This document shows positions 48,815 through 62,114 of a stretch of DNA of 64,000 nucleotides, piece after piece. The DNA comes from Nymphaea colorata (Eukaryota). Every line of letters begins with the position of its first letter. Within the stretch, counting starts at the first letter, position 1. The stretch lies in contig NC_045138.2 of NCBI RefSeq assembly GCF_008831285.2, positions 28,768,001 through 28,832,000 on the forward strand, in the 5' to 3' direction. Made by a program: the position numbers and the translations under genes. Under the pieces are notes generated by a model. The model was given only the letters and a program-made list of their open reading frames with translations, had not been told where the DNA came from and did no database searches.

Positions 48815-51800
48815 TCATTGCCATTTTCTAGGAGGTGGTTTTGGGGTTGTTGCTGGTTTCTGACTAACAATTGATCTTCGCAAACCTGAGAAAGAATGGA
48901 ATGAAGAGAGGTTAGCAAATATAAAAGAGGAATACAGAGACACACACATATACATAGAGAGAAAGCAAATTCTTCCTTACTGGTGGATGCCCTCATGGAA
49001 TTTGTGGTCACAGACTGTCGACGAGTAGTTACTGATTGCCTCGGTTTGGGTGGTGGACGAGGAATGCTTGATGGGACTTTTGACCTGCAATTGGAGTTGA
49101 AAAGCTTAAGAAATGATTGGTATAATTTAGCATTGCTTCAAACAAGTAGAATTAAAACAAAATCCAGTCTGTAAAACAAATGGAAAGAGATGAAATACTG
49201 ACTTCATGCAAAACTGTAAAAGAAAAATCATCTTAATCTGCATCATCTTAAAGAAATGTGGACCAGAAAACTACGAAGCTAATGAAGGTTCATAGAAAAC
49301 AGAATTGCTTGATAAGAAGTATTTATATTAAAATTGCAATATGCTTTACAGAGGAAAATTTGGAGAGTTTAGCTTTATTTTGGCAACTTTTATATTATGC
49401 ACTATTGCATTTTTATCCTTAAAAGTCACAACATTTCATGGTGTTCGAGTTTACATGAAAAGCTACCAAAATAAAGCTAAACTCTCCAAATTTTCCTCTG
49501 TAAAGCATATTGCAATTTTTAAGCTTGATCAGCTTTTCAATCTAGAAATATCCATCCAACACTACAGAGAAAGTGATCGAGAGTAAAACAAAAATTAAAA
49601 GAAATCATCTATCAACAAGTTGACTTCTATATACAAGAAAATCGATAGGCTTGGCATTAAAACATCCTTACTGTTTCTCACTATTTGAATTTTTAGCAGC
49701 TTCTGGGAAAAGGGTAAGCTCCACTATGCTGGACATTGAGCCATCAGTCTCTGTACCCATAGAGAGACCTCCATCGGATATATCACTCAATCTCTCTTCC
49801 AAGTCACCATCGCCAATTCCTAAAAGCTCAACATCAGCTGAAGTAGTTTGATTTGGATACATGGTAACGTGCTGGGGCTGCTGGTAATGTTCTTTTTGAC
49901 CTCTAAAGTCATCAAAAGACTGCTGTGAACTAGCCTCTGAATGCTTGTCACTATACTCAGAATAGTTATCCAAATCAGAAGCTGCCTTTCTCCGGGCTGC
50001 TGCTGCCGCTGCATCACACAGAGAGGAACTTGATAGAGGCCTATTCAGGTTTCCAGTGGAAGATCTTCGAACCCGACTACTAGAGCCTCCTAGAGTTGAC
50101 CTAGGAGACAAAGATGATGTATGTTTAGGAGAGTTCGAGCGTCGCCTTCCCATTGAAACTCCAGGTGAGAATACCCTCTGATCTTTGAGAGACTGCAACC
50201 GTTCAATTTCTGCATCCTTGTTTGCAACTAGATCCTTGAGTTGTGACACCTGTAGAACAGAAGTCTAGATCAGCTTTTCGTTTTTTCAGATTGGCAGAAT
50301 AGATTGTGAAATACCATGTAAAAAGATTTTCCTTGGCAGTAAATCATATCATACAAAACACATGCTAAGCATGAATTCCAATGACGATAGCATAGCATGG
50401 ATAAATACATTTTCCAGCAACAAAATACAAACACCAACAAACAAATGATGAAAAGTACTACAAAATAGCTGCCCTAAATTTCAAACGACTGACTGTCATG
50501 CACTTGAGAAACAGCCACTAAATCAAGCTGCCCTCTCCCTGAAATGTGAGCTGCTAAAAGAAAAAAATTATAAGACAATCGAAGAATAAAAGAAGGAAAC
50601 CTGTTCCATTAGGTCTCTAACATCTTTGCTCTCTTTGTTGCTCTTGGCAGCCCCTAACTCAACGCCTGACACTCTTTCAGCGAACTTTAAGGTACTAATA
50701 GTCTCAGAATATGACTCTATATCAGGATTAAGTTGCACAAACATAAGAGTCTTAGCTTGACCACCTGACATAAAATCAGAGATTAGAATTCACAAAATAT
50801 ATCGTAAACGTATCATTTGAAAAAGCACGCAGTTTGAGGCCATGAAATGCTAAGCATGACAAACATAAACTATGTCAATTGACAAATAATACCTAAAGAA
50901 CCCTGTAGAATCTGAGTAAGTTTACTGTTTCTAAATGGTACATGAGAGTTCTTTTGAGATAGTGCATGTATAACATCTCCAAGAGCAGACAAAGACTTGT
51001 TAATATGCTGTGCTTCTCTAAGTCTGTCTCCTGTAGCTTCTGAGCGCTCAACCCTTTCACTTCCAGCAAGGTCTATCAAATGAAGTGAACCCCGTAAAGC
51101 AACACCAGTTTCCAAATTTGTCCCTCGAACATGCACTGTAAGGACACTGCAAAAAAAATGAATTCAAAAGGATGCTACAGAGAAATGTGAAACAGTCAAC
51201 CAAGTGTATACTTATATTGAACAGGAAAAGCCCAAGCCCCTCAACCCCATAAAATGACAAGGCTGGACATGAAGAGAAACCTGTGCGACCGGCTGCTCCT
51301 CTCATTCAAGGCAGTTGCACCTACAGCCCTGTTCATCTGACCAATCTGCATTAGTGCAAGCACATCACTGGTTGAATCAACCTGATGCATGCTTGCATCA
51401 GGAACGCTTAACCCATTGGGTTGCGATGTGCTCCAAATCCCAAGTGTATGCAAGTCAAAGAAACGCTTACAAAATTGACAAGTGCAGGGAATCGCATGAA
51501 CCCACATTTTGAGAGAGTCAACATAAAGGTGTTCATAAAGCATTGGAACATTTTCTGTACACAAAAACTCTATTGAATATAATACTAAAAGAAATGGCAA
51601 GTAGATAAGTCCTAGCTATAAAGCAAACAAGATAAATCAAACAATGAAAGGAGGAGCATGGAGTCCCCTTCAGCTTATGTTAACAAGTCCTGGCATGTCA
51701 AGGGTAGAATTCATCCCATCCGGCATGGTATTTAAAAGGATATCTCTTCTGGGGACCATCACTTATAAGAAGATCACGCACTTGTTCATTGTATATTTCA

Positions 51801-54800
51801 ACCATCTGAACTCCAATTTCATATGTGTAGGTGCTTCTTCTTTTCTGGGAAATGAGGAAAAGGTCATTTAGTGCTCGATAGTTGACTCCCCAGGATGCCT
51901 CCAAAGATGGATCTGGTCCACTCTGACAAAACAAGGCATGTATATCAACATGTGAAATCAAGAGAAACTACAAGTATTTTTCAGTAACTTTTTTTGGCAT
52001 AATAAGAGGACTGACTGGTACCAGCAAAAAAAATGAATGAGAGATTCAGTCAAATGCAGTACAGAAAATCATACCATTGTAAAGGTCTTCCCAGAACCAG
52101 TTTGACCATAAGCAAAAATGCAAACATTAAAGCCATCAAGGACAGATCGTATAAGCGGCCGTGTGTCCATAAATACCTCCTCTGCCAAAAGTTAAACAGA
52201 GTCAATAGCCAAATAAGCATAAGACAAAGCAACAGAAGCAGAGGTGATTACTTGCCCATAAGTGCATGTAGCACAAAGGCAACAATCAAATAAATTATTT
52301 TGAGGATATTATGAATAAAACAACCTGTAATAGATAACTTAAGACATGACAAAATCCAAAAGAAATTTGTCATTCCAATATATTTAACAGCCTTAACACC
52401 AAAAAAGCTATACAGTTGCGGCTACAGAAAGGATCAACCATAAATATTGGACGTCCATAAAGACCTTGAGTAGTTGTTGGACCATACACCTTGTTGAACT
52501 TGAACATCCTTTGACCATCTTTTCCCGGTTTGGATGGATTTGAAACAAGCAATTCACCATCTTCTCCAATATACTCAATGGTGGTTTGCTTTCCAGCCTG
52601 GCCAGCCAGGAATGGCCTTACTCTACAGTATACCCTAATATTTCCTGTTTGCAAATGAAAATCCAAGTGTCAGAAACATAGAAGCATATAAAATGTAACT
52701 AAATATTACCATGAAGCACCTTTTAAGTCTTGAACTTCATTATACAGCTTTCTATTTTCATCAAGAACAATATGGTAGTTTTGTGCTGCATCAGCCAAGC
52801 CTTTGAGATTGACACCTGTGGAAAAAGGAAATCCACATGATCTGGAACATAACTGATGCAGTGGGGAAGAAGACTGCTCCTCTAACCCACGATCAATGCC
52901 TAAATTGAACTAAGGAATTCAAAGGGAACATGAAAAGGAACAGAAATAACTGAAAGAAGGGAAACTCAAAGAAGATCAGGGTTTCAGTAATCTCCAAAAA
53001 CTAATTACAAATGAGACTCTAAACGTCTATATACAGCCTGAAGTGGACCCTTCGATTTAGATCCGAACAACTTAATCATAAACCCTCAAATACTAAAACG
53101 AGATCCAAATAAAATAAAATAATAAATAAAAACAAAATTGAAAATGAATCTGTCTTCTTTTTTTTTTTATGCACAGCTCCTGCGTCATACTCCCAGGGTT
53201 AAAAAGAGTCATCCTGGATGATGTAGATCTCACAGGTAGGTAGTTGATGCCCCACCTGGATCCCAAATGATCTGAATCAGGTATATCGTATTTGATCAGA
53301 TGCCCTTGAAATCAGTTTAAAAATTGTAAGAACCGGTTTATAGAGACCCGATCGGTCTGGTTCTTGCTCAATACAGACCCGATCGGTCTGGTTCTTCCTC
53401 TCAGGTCCCAAGTTAGATCCCAAACCCAAGATTTGGGTTCAGACACGAGGGCACCAAGGGCTCGATGGACGGGCAACTCGCCTGACTCTACCCCTTTCTT
53501 CTTCCACCGTCAGGTACCTAAGGATGCCAGAGGAGGGCCTGACCGGCACCGTCCGGCAAGCGGCTGGTTCGTCCCTTGTTTTGGGTAGTAACCTTACTGC
53601 TCCACAGTTTGCCGCCTCAAAATCGCCCAAGACAAGCATCATCAGCAGTCGTCTCTTAGCCAACCCAACGACCGCAACGACCGGAAGGGCTGCCGCCAGC
53701 ATTTGTTGTGGAATATTGAACAATCCTAGGGTGCAGCAAGTGTCTGGGAGGAAACCGGTGGCTCTTCTGCTAGCAATAAAGCAGTCCGACACCGGGCACG
53801 GAGCATCTAGTAGTGGCGAAACCTATAGGAGGGAGGGGGCGACAACTGCATTGTTGTCTGTCGATTGGGTGGCTTCGTGGGGTGTGACAAACACCTCTTG
53901 CCATGTCTTCCACCGTTGATGTAATCCCCCACTTCAATATGGTCTCACGAGGGTGACTCTAGATCACTGCTTCGCAGCCATTGTCCATTGTAGAGCATCG
54001 CAAGCTAGCAAGAGTGACTTCCGCCAGGCCTGCCCCTCTCCGCTTTGTAGTTGTATCCCCTTCTATCACTGGTGTTTGAAATACGCTTGGTTCCTTTGAC
54101 TTTGATTTTGTTCACGGATTATTATCTTCGATATGTTGCCGCCATGGTTGGAGCAAGTCCATCCTCTTTGTGCAGTTAGCCAGATCTTCACCCATTGTCT
54201 CTAGACCTTCTTGCATGCTTGTCAACGTACTCAGCAACCATATAATCCTCAGATCTTCCTTACTTTGAGCAATGGCCTTTGAGAATTTTTTTTTTGGTGC
54301 TTTTACCAAAACAGGATCATTCCTTAAATCTTCATTTATTGTTGAAGATGGAGGAAAAACCCTGGGCTCTGACACCACTCTACTCTGATACAATGGAGAA
54401 GAGGACTGCTCCTCTAACCCATGATCAATATGCCTAAATTGAACTAAGGAAATCAAAGGGAACATGAAAAGGAATAGAAATAACTGAAAGAAGGGAAACT
54501 CAATGAAGATTAGGGTTTCATTAATCTCCAAAAACTAATTACCAACTGAAACTTTAAACGTCTTTATATAGCCTAAAATGGACCCTTCGATCTAGATCCA
54601 AACAACTTAACAATAAATCAAACCCTAAAATACTAAAACAAGATCCAAATAAAATAAAATAATAAATAAATGCCAAACTGAAAATGAATCTTTTTTTTAT
54701 GCTCTGTTCCTGCATCATTAACAATGAAAAAAAACTCAATATGCCAAGAAACTAAAATATTACCATACCTAGGTTATTAATTTCTTGCATCCAGTCCTTT

Positions 54801-57800
54801 TGTGTATCAACAATTTCCTTCTTTACAGCTTGTGAAACTAACCTTATGTCCTGCAAACATGACAAGCTTCTAGCATAATAATTTTCAAATGCATCAAAGA
54901 ATGGAGAACCTGTCTACAAAGAGAGTGGCAAATTGTACCTCAAGGGATTGAAGATGGTTGTCGATAAACATTTTATAGTGAAGCTCTGTTAGTTTCCATT
55001 CTTGAACTCTCGATTCAGAAAGAGCTTCAAGCTCTTCCACTTCTCTTTTTGACTCTTCTAGATGCCACTCAAGCTGCTTTATTTTCTTCTCCATCTCATG
55101 TATAGCACCTTTCCTCTGGGCTTCTAACTGCAAGTAACGCTGCTCATATGTCCCTTTAGTCATTTCAAGTTCTTCAGTCAAAGATGAAATTGCAAGTTCA
55201 GTGCCTCGTTTCTCATTCATTAGTCTAAGCACATCCTGTTCCTCAAGTTTATGTTTCTCCTCCAAGTCGCTCTTCTCTGTCTGAGCACCACATACTCCAT
55301 AATCAGTTTTGGTTAAGAAGACAATGCTAATGACAATCAATAAGTACCGCCTGGACATTCTTAAAATCAAGAGAGCAACTGGGAATAGTATTGCTAAAGC
55401 TACGTTGAAGGTGGACCATGTGACACACCAAGGGCAATTCTTATTATGAAAACCTATCATATCGGAGTTCAGTCAATTCATCTCTAGGAATATGCTCCAT
55501 ACAATCCAAAGAAAGTACCCATAAAATGTGAAAACAAGACCCACAATATCTTTCTAACGAAACCAAAATTGCTAACATGAAAGGAAAAATCAAGCAAAGT
55601 TAATTAATCAACACGAAAGTAGATGGAACAAAAATTCACCTTTATCTTTTGAAGCTGATGGGAGACAATCTGTAAATGAAAAAGACATACTTAAGAAACT
55701 GGGATGTACACAACAAGGAAATCAGAAAAAATATTATAATTTGGTTTAAATGAAAACACAAAGAGACTACATTTGAATCACTCCATACCTTGATTTCTTC
55801 ACTTGTCCCAGATGCAAGAGTCTCGAGTACGCCAGCTCTGGAAACCAATCTTTCCTCACGTGCAAGAACCTCTTTAAGGGCAAGTTTTAGCTGCAAAATG
55901 CACATTATAAGCAATAACCAGCAAGCGGAAAAAAGTAGGCAGCTCGAAACTCTCAACATAACAATACTAAGAATAGATCATTACTTTCTTTATATGTTCC
56001 CCTTGGGTTGCCAACCTCCGTTCAATTTCTTGCATAAGTTTTCTCAGTAAACTGTTTATTTGCTGAAGCACAATAACAGGTTAATCAATTATTATACAGC
56101 AACTTGTTACATTTAATATTTATAATCCTACATGAAGAAAATGACTAGGAAACAAATGTCTTAATCATACTTGCATATAAGCATTTTCATTTTTGCAAGC
56201 ATACCGGAGAAACTTCCCCCAACTTCTCTCCCAGAATTGCGTTTACAAGACCTAAAATGGACTGCGTCGGAGCATTCTGCAAAATGCATAGTAGGTATTT
56301 TTAATAGAAAGAGAGAAAAAGAAGAAGAAGGAAAACCTCTAATATGCTACCTATATGCCAACCTACATTCCAATAACTTACATCTAAAGTGTTCAAATTC
56401 ATCATTCCGGAACTTTTCACTGCAGAAGCATCTAGTTGGTGTCCATTCAGTTGAAGAACTTCATTCAACCTTTGCCCAACACGATGCAGCCATTCTGAAG
56501 ATGGTTCTGTAGGATATTTTGACAAAAATAATAAAATTTAAGGCAATGGAAATCAAAAATGTCCAATTATATACACATACAACTAGTTCCAATCTTCATC
56601 GACAAACCTAGGATTTGCTATCCCAGGCAAGGCCAATCTAGCATCAAGTGCCCTTCTCTTGAAATGATTGGTTGCACAAAATGTATTCTAGATTTGTCTA
56701 CCCATGTGATGAAAAAGCCATGTAAACAAGGACACTGTTTGTTGTCAGTGAACAGTGTAAAGTTTTCCTAAAAAGCAATGCATACACATGACAGATTGCA
56801 AGGGACAAAACAAATCACCAGCAGAAAACGTCAACCATTGCCCAAAAATGACATGCAAAAATGGTCAAACCATTGTAAAATAATTCCACTTTTCTGGAAG
56901 CTTGAAAATCAATTGCAACTGGTTAGCAGTTTAAAGATTAACACCACATTGGAGTAAAAACATACAAAAACTGATGAGGGGTACAACTTTAAAAATAATG
57001 TTGAAGATGCTTTGTTGTCTCCATGAAAATGATTGTTCATTAGAAGAAATTCTGCATCAAAGTTTCATCCTCACTCTAAATGAATGTTAGCTGCATGGTA
57101 TATGGATACACACATACAAGTTGAAAATTGTTTCCAAAGCTGGACACGCTTCTGAATAATAAATAGGAGCTCATGATAGAATTTTCTATAGTTGTATTAA
57201 AAATGTATGTCAATTTTTCCTTGACCTCATTTATCACCTGACATAGGTTTCTAGCTTGTCAGCTATTCATGATCTGAAGCAAACATGGCACTTCCACAAG
57301 CATGCTAAACTTTTAATTGCTGTTATATCTGACACAGTATATCTCAATTTCAGATGCAGCCATGTCTGTGGACTGTGGGTATAATACGGTGTTTCCACAG
57401 GCAAGAAAAGCATGCTAAATCGCAAATTCCATTGACCACCTTTCAGCATGCTGAGGTGTCTACTGCCGAGTCTTCACCGGTCACACAAGCTGGGGGTGGT
57501 GGGCAAAACAGTGCATGGGTGTCTTGTGTGAAGGCAGTTTAGACTCTGGACATGGTAGCCTATAGTGCAAAGTTGAAGACATATACTCAGGCACCTTGTT
57601 TAGATCCAATACTTCAGTAGTTCACTACTGCTCAACTATTTTAATCACAATTAGGGATTAGATGCATAAACATATGGCCACAATATTCACTTCAAGAACC
57701 AGAACCAGCATCCGGGAGTTTCAATTTTGAACCTATAATTCGAGTCCAGATCTACATACACATGAGGACCTCATGAGCATGGACAGTGACATCCTTGTTC

Positions 57801-59286
57801 AATTTGTAGTAAGCAAAGATTGTTATCTCCGAATCATCCCAGGCATAAGCTAGAGTACAACCTGATCAGTTACACTTCTAGCTATTGCACACAATGTTTA
57901 CTGGCCCTATCCTGAATTACCCAATCTTTAAACCCACAACAAATTGCAGCAGCTGAACATAAATATTCTCTGAATCGGGTTGCTGTTCCCTAGAAATGGT
58001 CACATATCAAGTAATTAGTTATGGCAGATATGGGATGGAAGTTGAAACCTTGGAACTAGCAACCAACAAGAGTTCCAAGGACATCCCACGATTGTTCTTC
58101 CCGAAAGCACCTAGTATTTCATTAACCTCATAAAGTCCATTTTTACAGTTAACATGCAAGCATACCTTTCACAGCAGGACCTTCTGTAAGTTTCTGAAAT
58201 CTGGAATCGGAGCAATGGGTTTGCTTTTCCTCTCCATTGAGCAGCAAACTCTGCAAATTAGTGCGGTCTCCATGGCAACCATCTGCAGCACATGGCCTTT
58301 CTTCTGAAAGTGACAACCTTCTCCAATGCTGGCCACCACCTTTCAGCAAAACAAAGACAGACTAATGACAAGAGCCCTAAATAAGTCCAACAACAATAAT
58401 ATTGTAGATATAGATCATCTTCAGCACTACCATTTGATGCAAAATGATCCTTGACACTCAGAAGACACTCGACAACAGCAGTCATTGAGCCCTGTAAAAT
58501 GTCAACTATGAGAAAACAAGAAAGAGACATACCCATATTTCATGGTTTAGGAGGACATGAAACCATGAATGGAAGTCAAAATTAAAGTCTACAGTGCCTG
58601 TTCTAAATCTGAAAGCTCAAACTTTGGTAAACCAAGGTCATCCACTGCCAAAAGAAACTTCTTAACATTTTCACGCTTCTGCTTAAGAGAGAAACCAGCA
58701 AACTGCAGTGAATCAACATTCGTTTGGGTTTCTGGCTCCAAATTCAAATTTCCCTGCATATAACCAAACAAACAAGCATGTCATGTTCAACCGAGGACAT
58801 TCCTTCGCATAAGAGAAAAAAATAGAAGCAATAGCTGAAGAACCATATCTTTATAATGGAGGACAGACACCGAAAACTCATTTAGAAGTAACTGAAAAGC
58901 ATGAAAACTCTGATTTATAGAAGCATCAAAGGCAAACATAAGCAAGGATTCGACCTCTGGGATCAGGTCAGGATTTAGTGTCCTCAGGACGGCACACAAG
59001 ACAGACCCATCAGCCAAATGCCTTCTCAAATCTTCTTCAGAAGCATCAGCCGGAATCCTCAGAGTAAGAAACAGTCCATTAAACCAGTCCACCACTTCCG
59101 ACAGCTGATTAGAATTAGTCCCCATCTCTGTGAATTTAAGGACATTTTTTGTCAGTGAAATTCAGAACAGATGTAAAGCTTCGCTAATTGTAAAGAAAAA
59201 GAAACATAGAAGCGCTAAAGATCAAAACCTGCATTGCTGTATCGCCTTGAAGCTCTTGGTTCAGGTAAATTGCCATTAGCATCCAT
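48815..59286 (-). CDS. KIN14J: Kinesin-14 with N-terminal calponin-homology domain, coiled coil and internal motor (KCH; KIN-14J-like)
   Basis: CH-domain exons at ~58955-59127 and 58598-58753 ([19 protein letters not shown]). Coiled-coil exons at 54940-55279 and 54769-54850. Motor exons at 52720-52815, 52465-52644 ([11 protein letters not shown]), 52075-52181 (GQTGSGKT), 51744-51922, 51281-51445 (NERSSRSH), 50893-51146 (DLAGSER) and 50601-50764. Tail exons at 49672-50249, 48981-49084 and 48815-48885 (ends RKWQ*). The ATG at 59286 is tentative; probable 5' UTR exons extend to ~60970. The orthologue name is tentative. Confidence 0.92.
49330..49519. repeat. 62-bp near-perfect inverted repeat in a kinesin intron
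   Basis: Arms at 49330-49391 and 49458-49519 with 2 mismatches and a 66-nt spacer. Confidence 0.92.
51446..51743 (-). other. U12-type (minor spliceosome) AT-AC intron in the kinesin motor domain
   Basis: Donor ATATCCTTTT, branch site TTCTTTGAC (51454-51462), terminal AC; splicing gives in-frame GPQKR|LGIW. Confidence 0.88.
52854..54717 (-). mobile_element. Non-autonomous LTR retrotransposon (1.86 kb) in a kinesin intron
   Basis: Diverged LTRs at 52854-53187 and 54386-54717; outer ends TGATGCA..TGCATCA; PBS TGGTGTCAGAGC on the minus strand at 54366-54377; TSD ATAAC/TTAAC (4 of 5); no RT or integrase seen. Confidence 0.85.
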
Positions 59287-62028
59287 TTTGGTGTTACCAT
59301 TTACCACACTTGGAGCAACCACCGTGGGGCTAATTTCTTTAAGGTCACAAATTTTCCCATCTCCCTATTGGACAGTCAGATAAACCAGGAAAGCTGGTTT
59401 TATCAACTAGAGGGTTCATAGGAAACCCGACTCAAAGAGAATTCCTCTTCCAATTTGTTCTACCATAATTGAATGTAGCTGATCCGATCCCCGTGACAAA
59501 GCCGACCGACAACCTCAGTAGAGAACCGCCTTCCCCATATGGTCCTAACCATGCAGAAAATGCAGCAGCATTTCATAGGAAAGAAACAAAAAATAACGCT
59601 ATACGTAGATTATATAGTGACACTGCTTACTGACCATTGAAGTCCCCACTTTCTACTGCATCATCTCTGACACGATCTTGACGACATGGGCGATATGAAC
59701 AACTCAGATCTGCAGATCTAGCACAACAAAAACTAAACCATACACAAAGATATCAACGAGAATGAAAACTGAGTATCATACTGTATGCAAAGGGAAAGGA
59801 CTAAGAGTAGCTAAAAAGAGAAAAAGCACCATCCTAGATAACTTCTAATGTAAGACAACAAGAGCTTGTACTAAAGGGAAAATGTGAAGTAGAAAATAAG
59901 AAACTTCCGGAAAAACACAAACTAAGGAACAAATGCAACTAATCCCTTGCTTTTTTATTAGTCCAAAATGCACAGAACCAGATGAACGAAGTTTAGTATC
60001 CTAACTATCCTCGTCTGATTAAAATGCAGCTTTAAATTAAGACAGAACCCGTCCGAAAGGGGCAGAGAAAACCTCAACTTGACGTGAAAATCGGATCGAA
60101 TGTTCTGTGCTTAGAGAACCCTTTTGGGATTGGAATGCACGGTGCGCATTCTAAGAAGTAAGGAGGGGAAAAAGCAAAAGAAAGGAAATCATAATCTAGA
60201 TTTTTTTTTTTTTACTCTTTTTCTATCTTTGATAAAAGACGGAAAGCAAAAAAAAGCTACCCAAAAAAAATAAAACATCATTTCTGATATATTTCAGCGC
60301 CTAGGCCCGTACTGAGCCCAAAAAAAATCAAGAAATGACAAAAAATAAACCCACGACAAATCATCTTTCCATTGCAGACGAAAAAAAAAACAAAGAAAAT
60401 AAAGTAAATAAATAAGAAGACGCCGTTTTCGGAAATCGTTGTCCAAAACTCGACGCCCCTCCTAAAAATAACAGTACTTTTACGAACAAAAACCGGTAAA
60501 GAAAAGTGAAAACAGAGCTTCTCATTCCAACAAAAATGCCACTCGAACCCAAAACCTGGAAGTGAAATTCAAAAACTTCTATCAAGCTAGAAATTTCTTA
60601 GAAAGATCTCGCACGACAAAGAAAAACCCCTTACTCAACCATTCTCATTGGAAATGCAGCTCGAACCTTTCTGCCCACAGCAATAAGGTTTTCAGAGAAC
60701 AAAAAAAATGAAAAAAAAAATAATAATAATAATAAGAACAAGAAGAAAATTTGGAAGAAAACAAGACTCGGAGAGAGAGGGGACTCACCGGAATTGGAGA
60801 GAGATCAAGAAAAAATTGATCGTCGACGGAGGGCGACCCGATGGAGGAAGAACGGTGGAGCTCCCGCCCCGCGCCCGACGAAAATAACGCCGTTAAGTTC
60901 TCTCCCGCCTCGCCCAAAATATTCTCCGTCCCATGAAAAAAGGGATGAGGGAGAAGGCAAGAGAGAGAGAATATGCCCGGCACGTCGAGGGCGGGAAGAC
61001 GGGCGTGGGGGCCAAAATGGGCACTTGTTAAATGTCCCTGATAACTTTCTCTCAAATGTCTCCCACTTTGTCCATCATCCAGAAACAGACCTCACTCGCT
61101 CCACAATTTCGTAAATAGCTGTCGATCATTGCCCTGATTTTTCCATCTCACGAGTTAAAAATTTTCGGTTACATAAAAATAGCACAAACAATAAATTCGT
61201 AACTTTTAAGAGTAACTGACTACCTTTTATTGTCAAAAAAATACATAAAAATTGCATATTTCTTCCTCATGTAAATCCATAACAAGTGGATTGAGGGCAC
61301 GTGATTATGCTCTTATATCAAAAGAGATGTATGTTTCATATGAAAATTTAAGTATGTGGCTATTAGACCATTTAACATTGACCCAGCTTTGATCAGAGGA
61401 CAAAAGAAAATAAATATAGATTCAACTCTCGTTTGAGTAGTAATAACCTTTCGCTCCACAAAAAATCAATAACAAACCGGGGTATCTAAGCCATGACTTT
61501 AATGGCAAGTCCTTGTCTGCCATTTTCCACTAAAAGATGGATCTCAAGAGAATTTATCCTCTTCTGCCGATTCCTCGCCGTTGTCCTTTCCATCGTCTCG
61601 CCGTGTTTGTTCGCTTTCAAAGTTCAAAACAATCTCCCCCCTCGTCGCTGTGGGGACCCACGCGCTGCCCTGTCCGGACGTTAGATAACTTAAAATATCG
61701 TGAAATTAACGCGATAAATGCACACGAGAAGATCAAGGCTTTCAAAAGCCCCTCCTAAAAAACATGTTATAATAAACGCGATAAATACATTATTAAATAA
61801 GGTTGTGGAATGCTGAAAAATGATCGGCACAAAGGAAAAAAAAAAAAAGAGGTGGTATGAAAGTATCGAACACATTTACCTTTTCCTAATGAAAGTATCG
61901 TGACGGTATACTGTGTTCGGCCAACATATTCTTATATTTATCGTTTTATATTGTCTCAACTTTCTATTTTGCAACATTCGATAACAAATTAAAACACTTT
62001 GGCAGTTCTTAAGAGATTAAGGCGCCCC

Positions 62029-62114
62029 TTCTTATAAAGTTAATAGCTATTTTGAGATCTAGGTGGTCTTATTCTTATAAAGTTAATAGCTATTTTGAGA
62101 TCTAGGTGGTCTTA
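62029..62114. repeat. Perfect 43-bp tandem duplication
   Basis: TTCTTATAAAGTTAATAGCTATTTTGAGATCTAGGTGGTCTTA occurs twice. Confidence 0.92.

Noticed and set aside
59345..59419. Alternative kinesin start MNPLVDK...
   Set aside because: This frame stops after 24 codons and is out of frame with the downstream exon; it could be a uORF but lacks support.
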